From positions 1 to 15,136 of the forward strand of contig JBFRWI010000188.1 in NCBI GenBank assembly GCA_051439505.1: DNA of 15,136 nucleotides. Reading direction: 5' to 3'. A program made the position numbers and the translations under genes. The stretch is from Hormoscilla sp. (lineage in GTDB: Bacteria > Cyanobacteriota > Cyanobacteriia > Cyanobacteriales > Desertifilaceae). The notes under the pieces were generated by a model. The model did not search any database. It saw nothing but the letters and a program-made list of their open reading frames with translations, and was not told the DNA's origin. Positions 1-7,782 of this stretch are shown here, one piece after another (the first letter of the stretch is position 1; every line of letters starts with the position of its first letter).

Positions 1-3000
1 GTCACGGCAAATAGCGGCAGTAATGACCTGTCCTTGCTGCAAAGCAATGGAGATGGCACCTTTACCAATTTTCCCTTGCCCTTACCATTCCCAGATGGCG
101 TCACGGTATCATCATTAAGGGCCGCAGACGAAGATGGCGATGGTAATGCTGACTTCCTGGTGGGCACTAACATTGAGAATAACACGATCGTCGGCGTGCG
201 GACGACTTTAGAAACCTTTGAATTTCCCGTTGGTGATAGTCCAGTATCGGTAGCGCTAGCAGACTTCAATGGAGATGGCAATATCGATGGGGCGATCGCA
301 AACAGTGGCGATGACACAGTCACCATCTTGACCAATATTAACAACGAAGATGTCACAACGGACAGCATCTCGGTAGGAACTGCACCTTCTTATATTACTG
401 CGGCAGATATCGATGGCGATGAAGACCAAGACCTGATCGTAGTCAGTAATGGCAGCAACACTGTCTCCATATTGCGCAACGATGGTGCCGGGAACTTTCA
501 GATGATCTCAGAAAGGGCAGTGGGGAACAGTCCAGTTTGGGCCACCGCAGCAGACTTAAATGGGGATGATACTATTGACCTCGCTGTCGTCAATAGCGAA
601 GATGACAGCATCTCACTCTCGCTGAACGATGGTAGCGGTAGTTTCTTCTCAGCAGGCACCATTCAAGTAGGAAGTAACCCACTTTCACTCACCGCTGCTG
701 ACTTGGATGGAGATTCAGACATTGACCTGGCAGTAGTTAACAGCGATGATAACAATGTCTCGGTATGGCGCAATAATGGGAATGCTAGCTTCGACCCTTC
801 AGTTACCGTGACAGTGGGAAGTAACCCGGCCTCAGTCACCGCCGCTGACTTGGATGAAGATGGGGACATTGACTTGGCAGTGGCGAACGAAGATAGCGAT
901 GATGTTTCCGTTATCCTCAACAATGGTCTAGTCCCTGTCTCAGATGGCGGATCGGACGGGGGTGATACGGTGACAGGGGGTGCCGGGAATGATAGTTTTG
1001 TTCTCAATGGCCCCGATGAGGGAGTTGATACGATCGCGGACTTTGTACCTGGTGAAGATAGTCTGCTTATTTCCCAAGATGTTTTTGGTGATGAATTTAC
1101 TCCGGAAACTGTCGATGAATCTCAGTTTACTCTGGGAACTGCTGCCACAACCCCGGACCACCGCTTTATCTATGACATGGATACGGGTACTCTGTTCTTC
1201 GATGCAGATGGTAATGGTGGCGCGACAGGGGTGCAACTGGCCGTCTTAACTGCTGGCATTGAGATTTCGGCGGCAGATATTATAGTGGTAGAGTCGGTGA
1301 CTGTGCCTAACCGGTCTCCAGTGGCCGCAGGCGATCGGGCCACCATCACCCAAAACTCGACTGGGACGATCGATGTTTTGGCCAATGATGTAGATTTGGA
1401 TAATGACCCGATATCTCTAACAGGTTTTGAGGGGACTTCTGCAAATGGGGGTAATGTTACTCGCAACGATAATGCGACAACTGATGACCTGACAGACGAT
1501 CGCTTGGTTTATACTCCAGCAGTAGATTTTATCGGGACAGATAGTTTCCGTTACAGTATCAGCGACGGACGGGGGACGGATACGGGAACGGTAACTATAA
1601 TAGTCGGGTCCGACGATGATGGTCCTACCTCTGACTTGTCAGTGACGGCCTCGGTCAGCAACAGCAGCCCTGCTGAAGGGGAAGAGATCGCCTATAGTAT
1701 TCAGGTAAGCGGTCAGAGTGCGGCCAGCAATATAGAACTGCGATCGCAATTGCCCGCAGGATTGAATTTGCAATACACGACAACGAGTCTGGGGGTTTAC
1801 GACCTGAATACGGGTATCTGGAGGATACCTACTCTCCCCACAGGCCGGACGGCAACTCTGGAACTTAATGTGGAAGTTGGTAGTGGTATTGCGGGAGAAA
1901 CTCTGTTCAATGAAGTTGTGGTAATTAGCCCCTCGGGAGTGGATAATCAGGGTACAGTGCCTATTACTATCTCCGGTGGCAATCAATCCCCGATCGCAAT
2001 TGACGATGAGGTGACAACGGATCTGGAGATGCCAGTTGCAGTTGATGTGCTGGCAAACGACATCGATCCAGATGAGGATAGCTTAGAAGTTACTGGGGTA
2101 GGAGTTGCGGAAAACGGTAATGTCAGCATCATTGGCAACCAGGTAATCTACAGGCCAGATGCAGAGTTCGCAGGTACGGACAGCTTTACCTATACTATCT
2201 CCGATGGTCGGGGGGGCACGGATACGGCCACAATAACCGTAATAGTGGCACCGGAAAACCAAGACCCAAACGCTGTCCCAGATGAGGCGATCGCCACTGT
2301 CGGCCAGACTATAGGTATAGATGTGTTGGCAAATGACTTTGACCCGGATGAAGAGGCGATCGGTCTAGCAGCATTTCAGCGTCAGACAGCAGCAGGGGGA
2401 ACGGTAGTCCGCAACGATAATGGCACGGCGCGGGACATCCGCGACGACTTCTTGGAATATACTCCAGCAGCAGGTTTCACGGGTACTGATAGTTTCGCTT
2501 ACAGGATCCGCGATCGGCAGGGTGCGACCGATACAGCGCAGGTGACGGTAAACGTGACCGCAGCAGAAGACTTAAATGGTACCACCGTTGAGGATATCAG
2601 TATTCTGGGTTCTCTATCCGATGACGACCTAGTTGCTGGTGCTGGTAACGATAATCTCACGGGAGATTTGGGCAATGATACCCTGACTGGTGGTACTGGT
2701 AGCGATCGGTTTATCTTCAACAGTCCCGATGAAGCGCTTGACCTGATTACTGATTTTGAGGTCTTTTCAGATGCGATCGGGGTTTCCGCTGCTGGTTTCG
2801 GTGCTGGGTTAATACAAGGTAATCTCGATCCCAATCAGTTTACATTAGGAGTGGCCGCAAGCGATCCGAATCATCGCTTCATCTATGGAAATGATGGTAG
2901 TCTCTTCTTTGATGCTGATGGCACGGGTGCGATCGGGCAAGTGCAGATAGCGACATTATCAGGAGGACCAGCAGAATTTTCAGCCTCGAACATCATCGTC

Positions 3001-3006
3001 CTCTAG
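1..3006 (+). CDS. Large secreted surface/adhesion protein, 5'-truncated: FG-GAP/VCBS repeats, RTX Ca-binding repeats, three cadherin-like Ig (tandem-95/Big_9-type) domains, DUF11-like domain, RTX-type C-terminal module
   Basis: The frame is open from base 1 (VTANSGSNDLSLL...), so the TTG at 34 is not the true start. Repeated ADxDGDxDxDLAVxN motifs (to ~925); GGAGNDSF, AGAGNDNL and GDLGNDTLTGGTGSD RTX nonamers; three NxxPxAxxD...DVLAND.D...YxP...FxGTDSFxYxIxD Ig modules; SDLSVTASVSNSSPAEGEEIAYSI...GVYD..TGIW.I..L DUF11-like segment. Stop TAG at 3004-3006. Confidence 0.9.
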   Translation, partial: VTANSGSNDLSLLQSNGDGTFTNFPLPLPFPDGVTVSSLRAADEDGDGNADFLVGTNIENNTIVGVRTTLETFEFPVGDSPVSVALADFNGDGNIDGAIANSGDDTVTILTNINNEDVTTDSISVGTAPSYITAADIDGDEDQDLIVVSNGSNTVSILRNDGAGNFQMISERAVGNSPVWATAADLNGDDTIDLAVVNSEDDSISLSLNDGSGSFFSAGTIQVGSNPLSLTAADLDGDSDIDLAVVNSDDNNVSVWRNNGNASFDPSVTVTVGSNPASVTAADLDEDGDIDLAVANEDSDDVSVILNNGLVPVSDGGSDGGDTVTGGAGNDSFVLNGPDEGVDTIADFVPGEDSLLISQDVFGDEFTPETVDESQFTLGTAATTPDHRFIYDMDTGTLFFDADGNGGATGVQLAVLTAGIEISAADIIVVESVTVPNRSPVAAGDRATITQNSTGTIDVLANDVDLDNDPISLTGFEGTSANGGNVTRNDNATTDDLTDDRLVYTPAVDFIGTDSFRYSISDGRGTDTGTVTIIVGSDDDGPTSDLSVTASVSNSSPAEGEEIAYSIQVSGQSAASNIELRSQLPAGLNLQYTTTSLGVYDLNTGIWRIPTLPTGRTATLELNVEVGSGIAGETLFNEVVVISPSGVDNQGTVPITISGGNQSPIAIDDEVTTDLEMPVAVDVLANDIDPDEDSLEVTGVGVAENGNVSIIGNQVIYRPDAEFAGTDSFTYTISDGRGGTDTATITVIVAPENQDPNAVPDEAIATVGQTIGIDVLANDFDPDEEAIGLAAFQRQTAAGGTVVRNDNGTARDIRDDFLEYTPAAGFTGTDSFAYRIRDRQGATDTAQVTVNVTAAEDLNGTTVEDISILGSLSDDDLVAGAGNDNLTGDLGNDTLTGGTGSDRFIFNSPDEALDLITDFEVFSDAIGVSAAGFGAGLIQGNLDPNQFTLGVAASDPNHRFIYGNDGSLFFDADGTGAIGQVQIATLSGGPAEFSASNIIVL

Positions 3007-3013
3007 GGAAACT

Positions 3014-3036
3014 GTAGGGTGGGTACCGCCCACCCC
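3014..3036 (+). repeat. GTAG-type REP-like hairpin just after the stop codon (possible terminator or mRNA stabiliser)
   Basis: GTAG leading into a GGGTGGG-TACCG-CCCACCC stem-loop, 7 nt after the stop codon. Confidence 0.6.
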
Positions 3037-3041
3037 GAAGC

Positions 3042-3082
3042 GGGTGTGGCCAATAACAACCAACTGACGCATGACCACACCC
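3042..3082. mobile_element. 41-bp remnant of the GGGTGTGGTCA-ended miniature inverted-repeat element family
   Basis: Ends are GGGTGTGGCCA and TGACCACACCC (10/11 inverted match), the same termini as the element at 11628-11778. No target duplication visible. Confidence 0.55.
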
Positions 3083-3195
3083 AGGCGAGACGTACCATCG
3101 GATAGCTTTCGCGGTTTATTGCCAGTGCCGCCATCAACAATTAGCGATCGCCGGGCGATCGGGCATTAATTAGAGTTCGACGCTGCTGTTGCCAT

Positions 3196-3201
3196 TATAA
3201 T
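3196..3201 (+). promoter_or_regulatory. Putative -10 box for the moxR operon
   Basis: Perfect TATAAT ending 30 nt before the ATG at 3231; no clear -35. Confidence 0.45.
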
Positions 3202-3230
3202 GATTTTCGCAAAGTTATTATAACAGGAAG

Positions 3231-4193
3231 ATGTCTAAGACTAACTCAGATAATAACGCTAGCTGCGGCAGAGAAAGTTATCAAAAAATTTATGATAACA
3301 TTCAAAAAGTAATGAAAGGGCAATCAGCAGGGATTAGGAAATTGCTATCAGGATTTGCCAGTGGCGGTCACGTGCTGCTGGAAGATTATCCGGGAACTGG
3401 CAAAACCACATTAGCAAAAGCCCTAGCATTATCAGTCGATGCCACATTTAAGCGGATTCAATTTACCCCCGATCTTTTACCATCTGACATTCTCGGAATT
3501 TCGATTTTCGACCAGAATGAAGGAACGTTTCGTTTCCATGAAGGACCGATATTTGCTAATATTGTGCTAGCTGACGAGATTAATCGGGCTTCACCGAGAA
3601 CCCAATCTGCTCTACTGGAAGCGATGGCCGAGTCTCAAGTTAGCGTTGATGGTCATCTGAGAAAACTTGAAGATATCTTTTTTGTGCTCGCTACTCAGAA
3701 TCCCGTAGAATCCCGTGGCACCTATCCTCTACCGGAAGCTCAAATGGATCGATTTGCTCTCCAGTTTAGTCTGGGATATATATCGCCAGAAGCAGAAGTG
3801 GACATTCTCTCCGACCAAATCCAGGGACATCCTCTTGATCAAATTAAACCTTGCATTTCCATGCAGGAGGTTCGACAATTAAAACAACAGGTGAAGCAAG
3901 TGCGGATTAGCCAGGAAATGAAACGCTATCTCGTGGATATTGTCAATGCAACCCGCGTCGCACCAGGCGTTCAATTGGGCGCTAGTCCCAGGGCTTCTCT
4001 GGCTTTAATGAAGGTTGCTCAGGCATTAGCTTTGTTCGATGGCCTGGAATTTGTAGCACCCGAACAGATTCAAGAACTGGCTGTATCGGTTATTGCTCAT
4101 CGGCTGGTGATGGATCCTCAAGCCCGTTTCTCTGGAAAAACTGCTGAAGCGGTTGTCGAAGAGATTCTCAAATCAGTCCCAGTTCCCAGTTAA
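3231..4193 (+). CDS. moxR: MoxR-family AAA+ ATPase
   Basis: GHVLLEDYPGTGKT (Walker A), RIQFTPDLLPSD, LADEINRA (Walker B), ATQNPVE, YPLPEAQMDRF, GASPRA. Confidence 0.95.
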   Translation: MSKTNSDNNASCGRESYQKIYDNIQKVMKGQSAGIRKLLSGFASGGHVLLEDYPGTGKTTLAKALALSVDATFKRIQFTPDLLPSDILGISIFDQNEGTFRFHEGPIFANIVLADEINRASPRTQSALLEAMAESQVSVDGHLRKLEDIFFVLATQNPVESRGTYPLPEAQMDRFALQFSLGYISPEAEVDILSDQIQGHPLDQIKPCISMQEVRQLKQQVKQVRISQEMKRYLVDIVNATRVAPGVQLGASPRASLALMKVAQALALFDGLEFVAPEQIQELAVSVIAHRLVMDPQARFSGKTAEAVVEEILKSVPVPS

Positions 4194-4208
4194 AGGCGCT
4201 GTAAGAGG

Positions 4209-5558
4209 ATGAAATATTATCTCTATCGGATATATTACTTAATTTACGCTATTCAAAAATGGTTCAAAATTAAATTCACGACCAGTGGATTGGTGGCGAT
4301 CGCATGTTTGTTCATCTCTGGCGTAGATACTAACCAGACGATGTCCTATCAGATATTTTGCTTCCTGTTGGCAATTATCATACTGTCGATCGTCTATACC
4401 CTTTTGGTACCCTTTCGCTTCCGTTGCAGTGCGACGCAGATGTTACCACGATTCGGAACAGTGGGTGTAAAAATAGAATATCGCCTAGTGATTCGCAACA
4501 GCACTAACCAACTGCAAAGGGGACTGAAAATATTTGAAAATGTTGCCGATCCGCGTCCCTGTTGGCAAGAATTTATGTCAACCCCGGAACCCTCGGAAGA
4601 GAAGCGTAATACCTTCGATCGGAAATTCGGATATTATCGCTGGATGTGGTTAATTTATAGGAAACAAGGGGCTACATTTAAGACCCTAGACTTGCCGCCC
4701 CTGCCTCCTAACAGCACCACGGAAGTTGTTATGGAAATAGAACCTTTGTATAGAGGGGTGGTGCGGTTGAGTGGCCTGACGATCGCCCGATCGGATCCAT
4801 TTGGTATTTTCAACGCCTGTAAAAGCATTTCGCTGCCCCAAACCCTGTGGATTTTGCCCCACCGGTATCAGTTGCCACCCATTCGACTACCGGGTTCAAG
4901 GCGATATCAATCCGGTGGAGTTTCACTGGCCTCCTCAGTGGGAGATTCAGAAGAATTTATGTCCTTGCGGGATTATCGTCCAGGAGATCCACTGCGGAAA
5001 ATTCACTGGAAAAGTTGGGCCAAAGTCGGTAAGCCGATCGTGAAAGAAGAACAGGACGAATTTTTTGTCCGCCATGCCTTAATTTTGGATACTTTTGGGA
5101 AATATCAATATAGCGAAAGTTTAGAAGCCGCCGTATCCATCGCCGCTTCCTTTGCTTGTGAATTCCAGACCCAAGATGCTTTATTAGATTTAATGTTTGT
5201 GGGGACTGAAGCCTATTGCTTTACTTCCGGTAGAGGGGTTGGCCATACAGACAGAATGCTGGAAATTCTTGCTGCGGTTATCCCCTGTCGAGATAAATCC
5301 TTTGATTATTTAACTCCGGTAGTTATCGGTAGGACATCAATGCTAAGTGGCTGTATCTGCATTTTGCTTTCCTGGGATGCCGAAAGACGTAAATTAGTGG
5401 ATTATTTGCGGGGATTGCGCATTCCTACCTTGGTGCTGGTAATTGTCGATTCTGAAACTACCCGAGATGACCTCGATCTAGGTGCGATGAAGAATGAACC
5501 GGAAAATTTTCACTTATTAAGATTGGGAAAAATACCAGAGGAGTTAATGAAGATATGA
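4209..5558 (+). CDS. DUF58 domain membrane protein (MoxR partner)
   Basis: N-terminal hydrophobic segments, SDPFGIF, EFMSLRDYRPGDPLRKIHWKSWAK signature; canonical position after moxR. Confidence 0.9.
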   Translation: MKYYLYRIYYLIYAIQKWFKIKFTTSGLVAIACLFISGVDTNQTMSYQIFCFLLAIIILSIVYTLLVPFRFRCSATQMLPRFGTVGVKIEYRLVIRNSTNQLQRGLKIFENVADPRPCWQEFMSTPEPSEEKRNTFDRKFGYYRWMWLIYRKQGATFKTLDLPPLPPNSTTEVVMEIEPLYRGVVRLSGLTIARSDPFGIFNACKSISLPQTLWILPHRYQLPPIRLPGSRRYQSGGVSLASSVGDSEEFMSLRDYRPGDPLRKIHWKSWAKVGKPIVKEEQDEFFVRHALILDTFGKYQYSESLEAAVSIAASFACEFQTQDALLDLMFVGTEAYCFTSGRGVGHTDRMLEILAAVIPCRDKSFDYLTPVVIGRTSMLSGCICILLSWDAERRKLVDYLRGLRIPTLVLVIVDSETTRDDLDLGAMKNEPENFHLLRLGKIPEELMKI

Positions 5559-5561
5559 AAA

Positions 5562-5716
5562 TATTGCGTTTCTCAAATTGATGTGATATATTTTAGATCG
5601 TTTATTTGTCATTGCGAGGGGGGGGGATAACCGCGATCGACTTATGCTTTATGCGTTAACCCCCCCCCGAAGCAATCTCACCAATCGCATATCACACTAA
5701 TATGAGAACTGCTATA
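5562..5716. mobile_element. MITE (151 bp, 5564-5714) with TA target duplication; IS630/Tc1-like behaviour
   Basis: Left end TATTGCGTTTCTCAAATTGATGTGATAT against reverse-complemented right end TATAGCAGTTCTCATATTAGTGTGATAT (22/28 identical, including the TA). TA at 5562-5563 and 5715-5716. Removing the element restores ATG AAA ATA CCA CCA CTG CTG CTG. Confidence 0.8.
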
Positions 5717-7693
5717 CCACCACTGCTGCTGGGTTCTGCGTTAATATTTTGGGGCTGGCAAACCGGACAGTGGATTTTTGCCGTGCCTATGGCGCTAATT
5801 TTCGAGGCATCCCGCCTACTCTTGTGGCGATGGGATTTATCGACGGCAGATTTCCGGCGCATCTCTAACCTATGCATGGTGCTACTGTTAGTGCTGTCGA
5901 TTTATATTGCGATTTCAGCCCAAGGGCTTCGTTTCGTTTATATTTTTTTCCAATGGCTGCCGATCGCACTATTCCCACTGCTGGCCGCCCAGACTTACTC
6001 CACCAGCGATCGCCTCGATATCCGGACCCTTTTTCTCTTCGGGAAACAAGATGACCGGAAACAAGAACGAGATGAGAACCGCAAAAAAAAGACTCTTAAT
6101 CTCGCCTTTCCCTATTTTGCCATTTGTCTCTTGTCTGCCAGCGCCAGCAATAGCAGAGAGTTTTCTTTTTATATTGGCATGTTCCTGTTAATTAGCTTAG
6201 TGCTTTGGCGGATCAGGTCTCGGAAATTTTCTCCAGTCTTGTGGCTGTGCCTGCTGATAATTGCTGGAAATATTGGATTTGCAGGGCAGATCGGACTTCG
6301 TAACCTCCACATGGCTTTGGAAGGAAAGACTGTGGAATGGTTGAGCGATTTTTTCAGCCGAGATCCAGATCCAATTCAAAGAGGTACGGCCATCGGCGCG
6401 ATCGGCTTATTAAAGCTGGACAACTCTATTATCTTCAGGGTAGCTGCACCAAAGGGACAAACTACTCCTAGTCTGCTCAGGGAAGCCACCTATAATAAGT
6501 ACCAATTTGGGATGTGGGTTGCTGCCAATTCTGAGTTTACGCCCGTGCCACCCGACCCAAACGGTACCACTTGGCCCTTAGCAAAGCAAGTAGGAAATAG
6601 CTCGGAAATTACTGTTTCTGCCTCTCTTCCTCAGGGCAAAGGTTTATTAAAGCTACCCCAGGGCAGTTTTCAAGTAGACAACTTACCAGTGTCAAGCATG
6701 AGTAAGAACCAATATGGCACAGTTAAGGTAGCAGGTAAACCTCAGCGTTTCTCTTACCGGATCCTGTTCGATCGGGGACTGCATTTTGATAGTTCCCCTC
6801 AGGAAGAGGATCTGCTTGTACCCGATCGGGAAAAACCCGCACTCGATCGCATTATCAGCCAACTGGATCTGGAAGGTAAGTCTCCCCAGGAAATAATCAA
6901 GCGGGTTGACAGCTTTTTTCAAGAGAACTTCAGTTACAGTCTTGAGCTAACCGGAAAAGAAAAAACATCTACTCCTTTATCAGTTTTCCTATTGCAAAAT
7001 AGGTCCGGACACTGCGAATTTTTTGCCACGGCAACCACACTTCTCCTGCGGGCCGCAGGGATACCCGCTCGTTATGCGATCGGATACTATGTAGGGGAAT
7101 TCAGCCGATGGGAAAATCAATATATTGTTCGGAGTCGTCACAGTCATGCCTGGACTTTAGTGTATATAGATGGTGCTTGGCAGGTATTAGATACCACCCC
7201 CGCTTCCTGGACCAGCATTGAAGATGCCGCTGCTCCCAAATGGGATGTTATTCTCGATCTCTGGTCTCTTTTGAGTTTCAAGCTATCAACTGGGTTGCAG
7301 TTAAGAGGTTCGCAATCTTGGTGGTGGTTGCTCATACCATTAATCTTGGTAATGCTGTGGCGGCTTTCTCGCCAAAAACGGGTAAGACGACGTTTAGATG
7401 CCAGAAATAAGGCAAAAATTGGGGCACAACAGCCGCCAACTGGAGGAGATTCCGAATTATATTTAATTGAGAAGGTCTTAAAGGAATCGGGATTTACTCG
7501 GCACCATTCCGAGACGATGAAAAATTGGCTGTCCAGACTGGAGAAAGACCTACCTGCATCATACTCAATTAACGAACTCAAAGGGATTCTCGAACTTCAT
7601 TATCGCTATCGTTTCGATCCTCAAGGAATTACGCCAGCCGAAAGGAGAAGATTAAAATCTGCCATCCGATCGTGGCTAGAAACTCGGTCCTAA
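5702..7693 (+). CDS. Multi-TM membrane protein with transglutaminase-like domain (TgpA-like)
   Basis: Several N-terminal TM helices; catalytic motifs GHCEFFA (Cys), HSHAW (His), LDTTP (Asp); GIPARYAIGY; C-terminal TM and helical tail. Third gene of the typical moxR-DUF58-TGase cluster. The current start codon lies inside the MITE end. Confidence 0.9.
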   Translation: MRTAIPPLLLGSALIFWGWQTGQWIFAVPMALIFEASRLLLWRWDLSTADFRRISNLCMVLLLVLSIYIAISAQGLRFVYIFFQWLPIALFPLLAAQTYSTSDRLDIRTLFLFGKQDDRKQERDENRKKKTLNLAFPYFAICLLSASASNSREFSFYIGMFLLISLVLWRIRSRKFSPVLWLCLLIIAGNIGFAGQIGLRNLHMALEGKTVEWLSDFFSRDPDPIQRGTAIGAIGLLKLDNSIIFRVAAPKGQTTPSLLREATYNKYQFGMWVAANSEFTPVPPDPNGTTWPLAKQVGNSSEITVSASLPQGKGLLKLPQGSFQVDNLPVSSMSKNQYGTVKVAGKPQRFSYRILFDRGLHFDSSPQEEDLLVPDREKPALDRIISQLDLEGKSPQEIIKRVDSFFQENFSYSLELTGKEKTSTPLSVFLLQNRSGHCEFFATATTLLLRAAGIPARYAIGYYVGEFSRWENQYIVRSRHSHAWTLVYIDGAWQVLDTTPASWTSIEDAAAPKWDVILDLWSLLSFKLSTGLQLRGSQSWWWLLIPLILVMLWRLSRQKRVRRRLDARNKAKIGAQQPPTGGDSELYLIEKVLKESGFTRHHSETMKNWLSRLEKDLPASYSINELKGILELHYRYRFDPQGITPAERRRLKSAIRSWLETRS

Positions 7694-7695
7694 GC

Positions 7696-7753
7696 AATTC
7701 AAAATTCAAAATGGCATGATAACGTAGGTTGGGTTGAGGCACGAAACCCAACC
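7696..7753. repeat. Short heptamer repeat (AATTCAA x2.4) plus GTAG-type REP hairpin between convergent genes
   Basis: AATTCAAAATTCAAAAT at 7696-7712. GTAG at 7724 leads into a 9-bp stem GGTTGGGTT (7727-7735) / AACCCAACC (7745-7753). It may act as a bidirectional terminator. Confidence 0.6.
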
Positions 7754-7782
7754 CGTGCTAGGGGCGGAAATGACAAAATTGC

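Noticed and set aside
34..36. TTG start for the 990-aa ORF
   Set aside because: The frame is open from base 1 and continues an FG-GAP repeat, so the gene starts upstream of the window.
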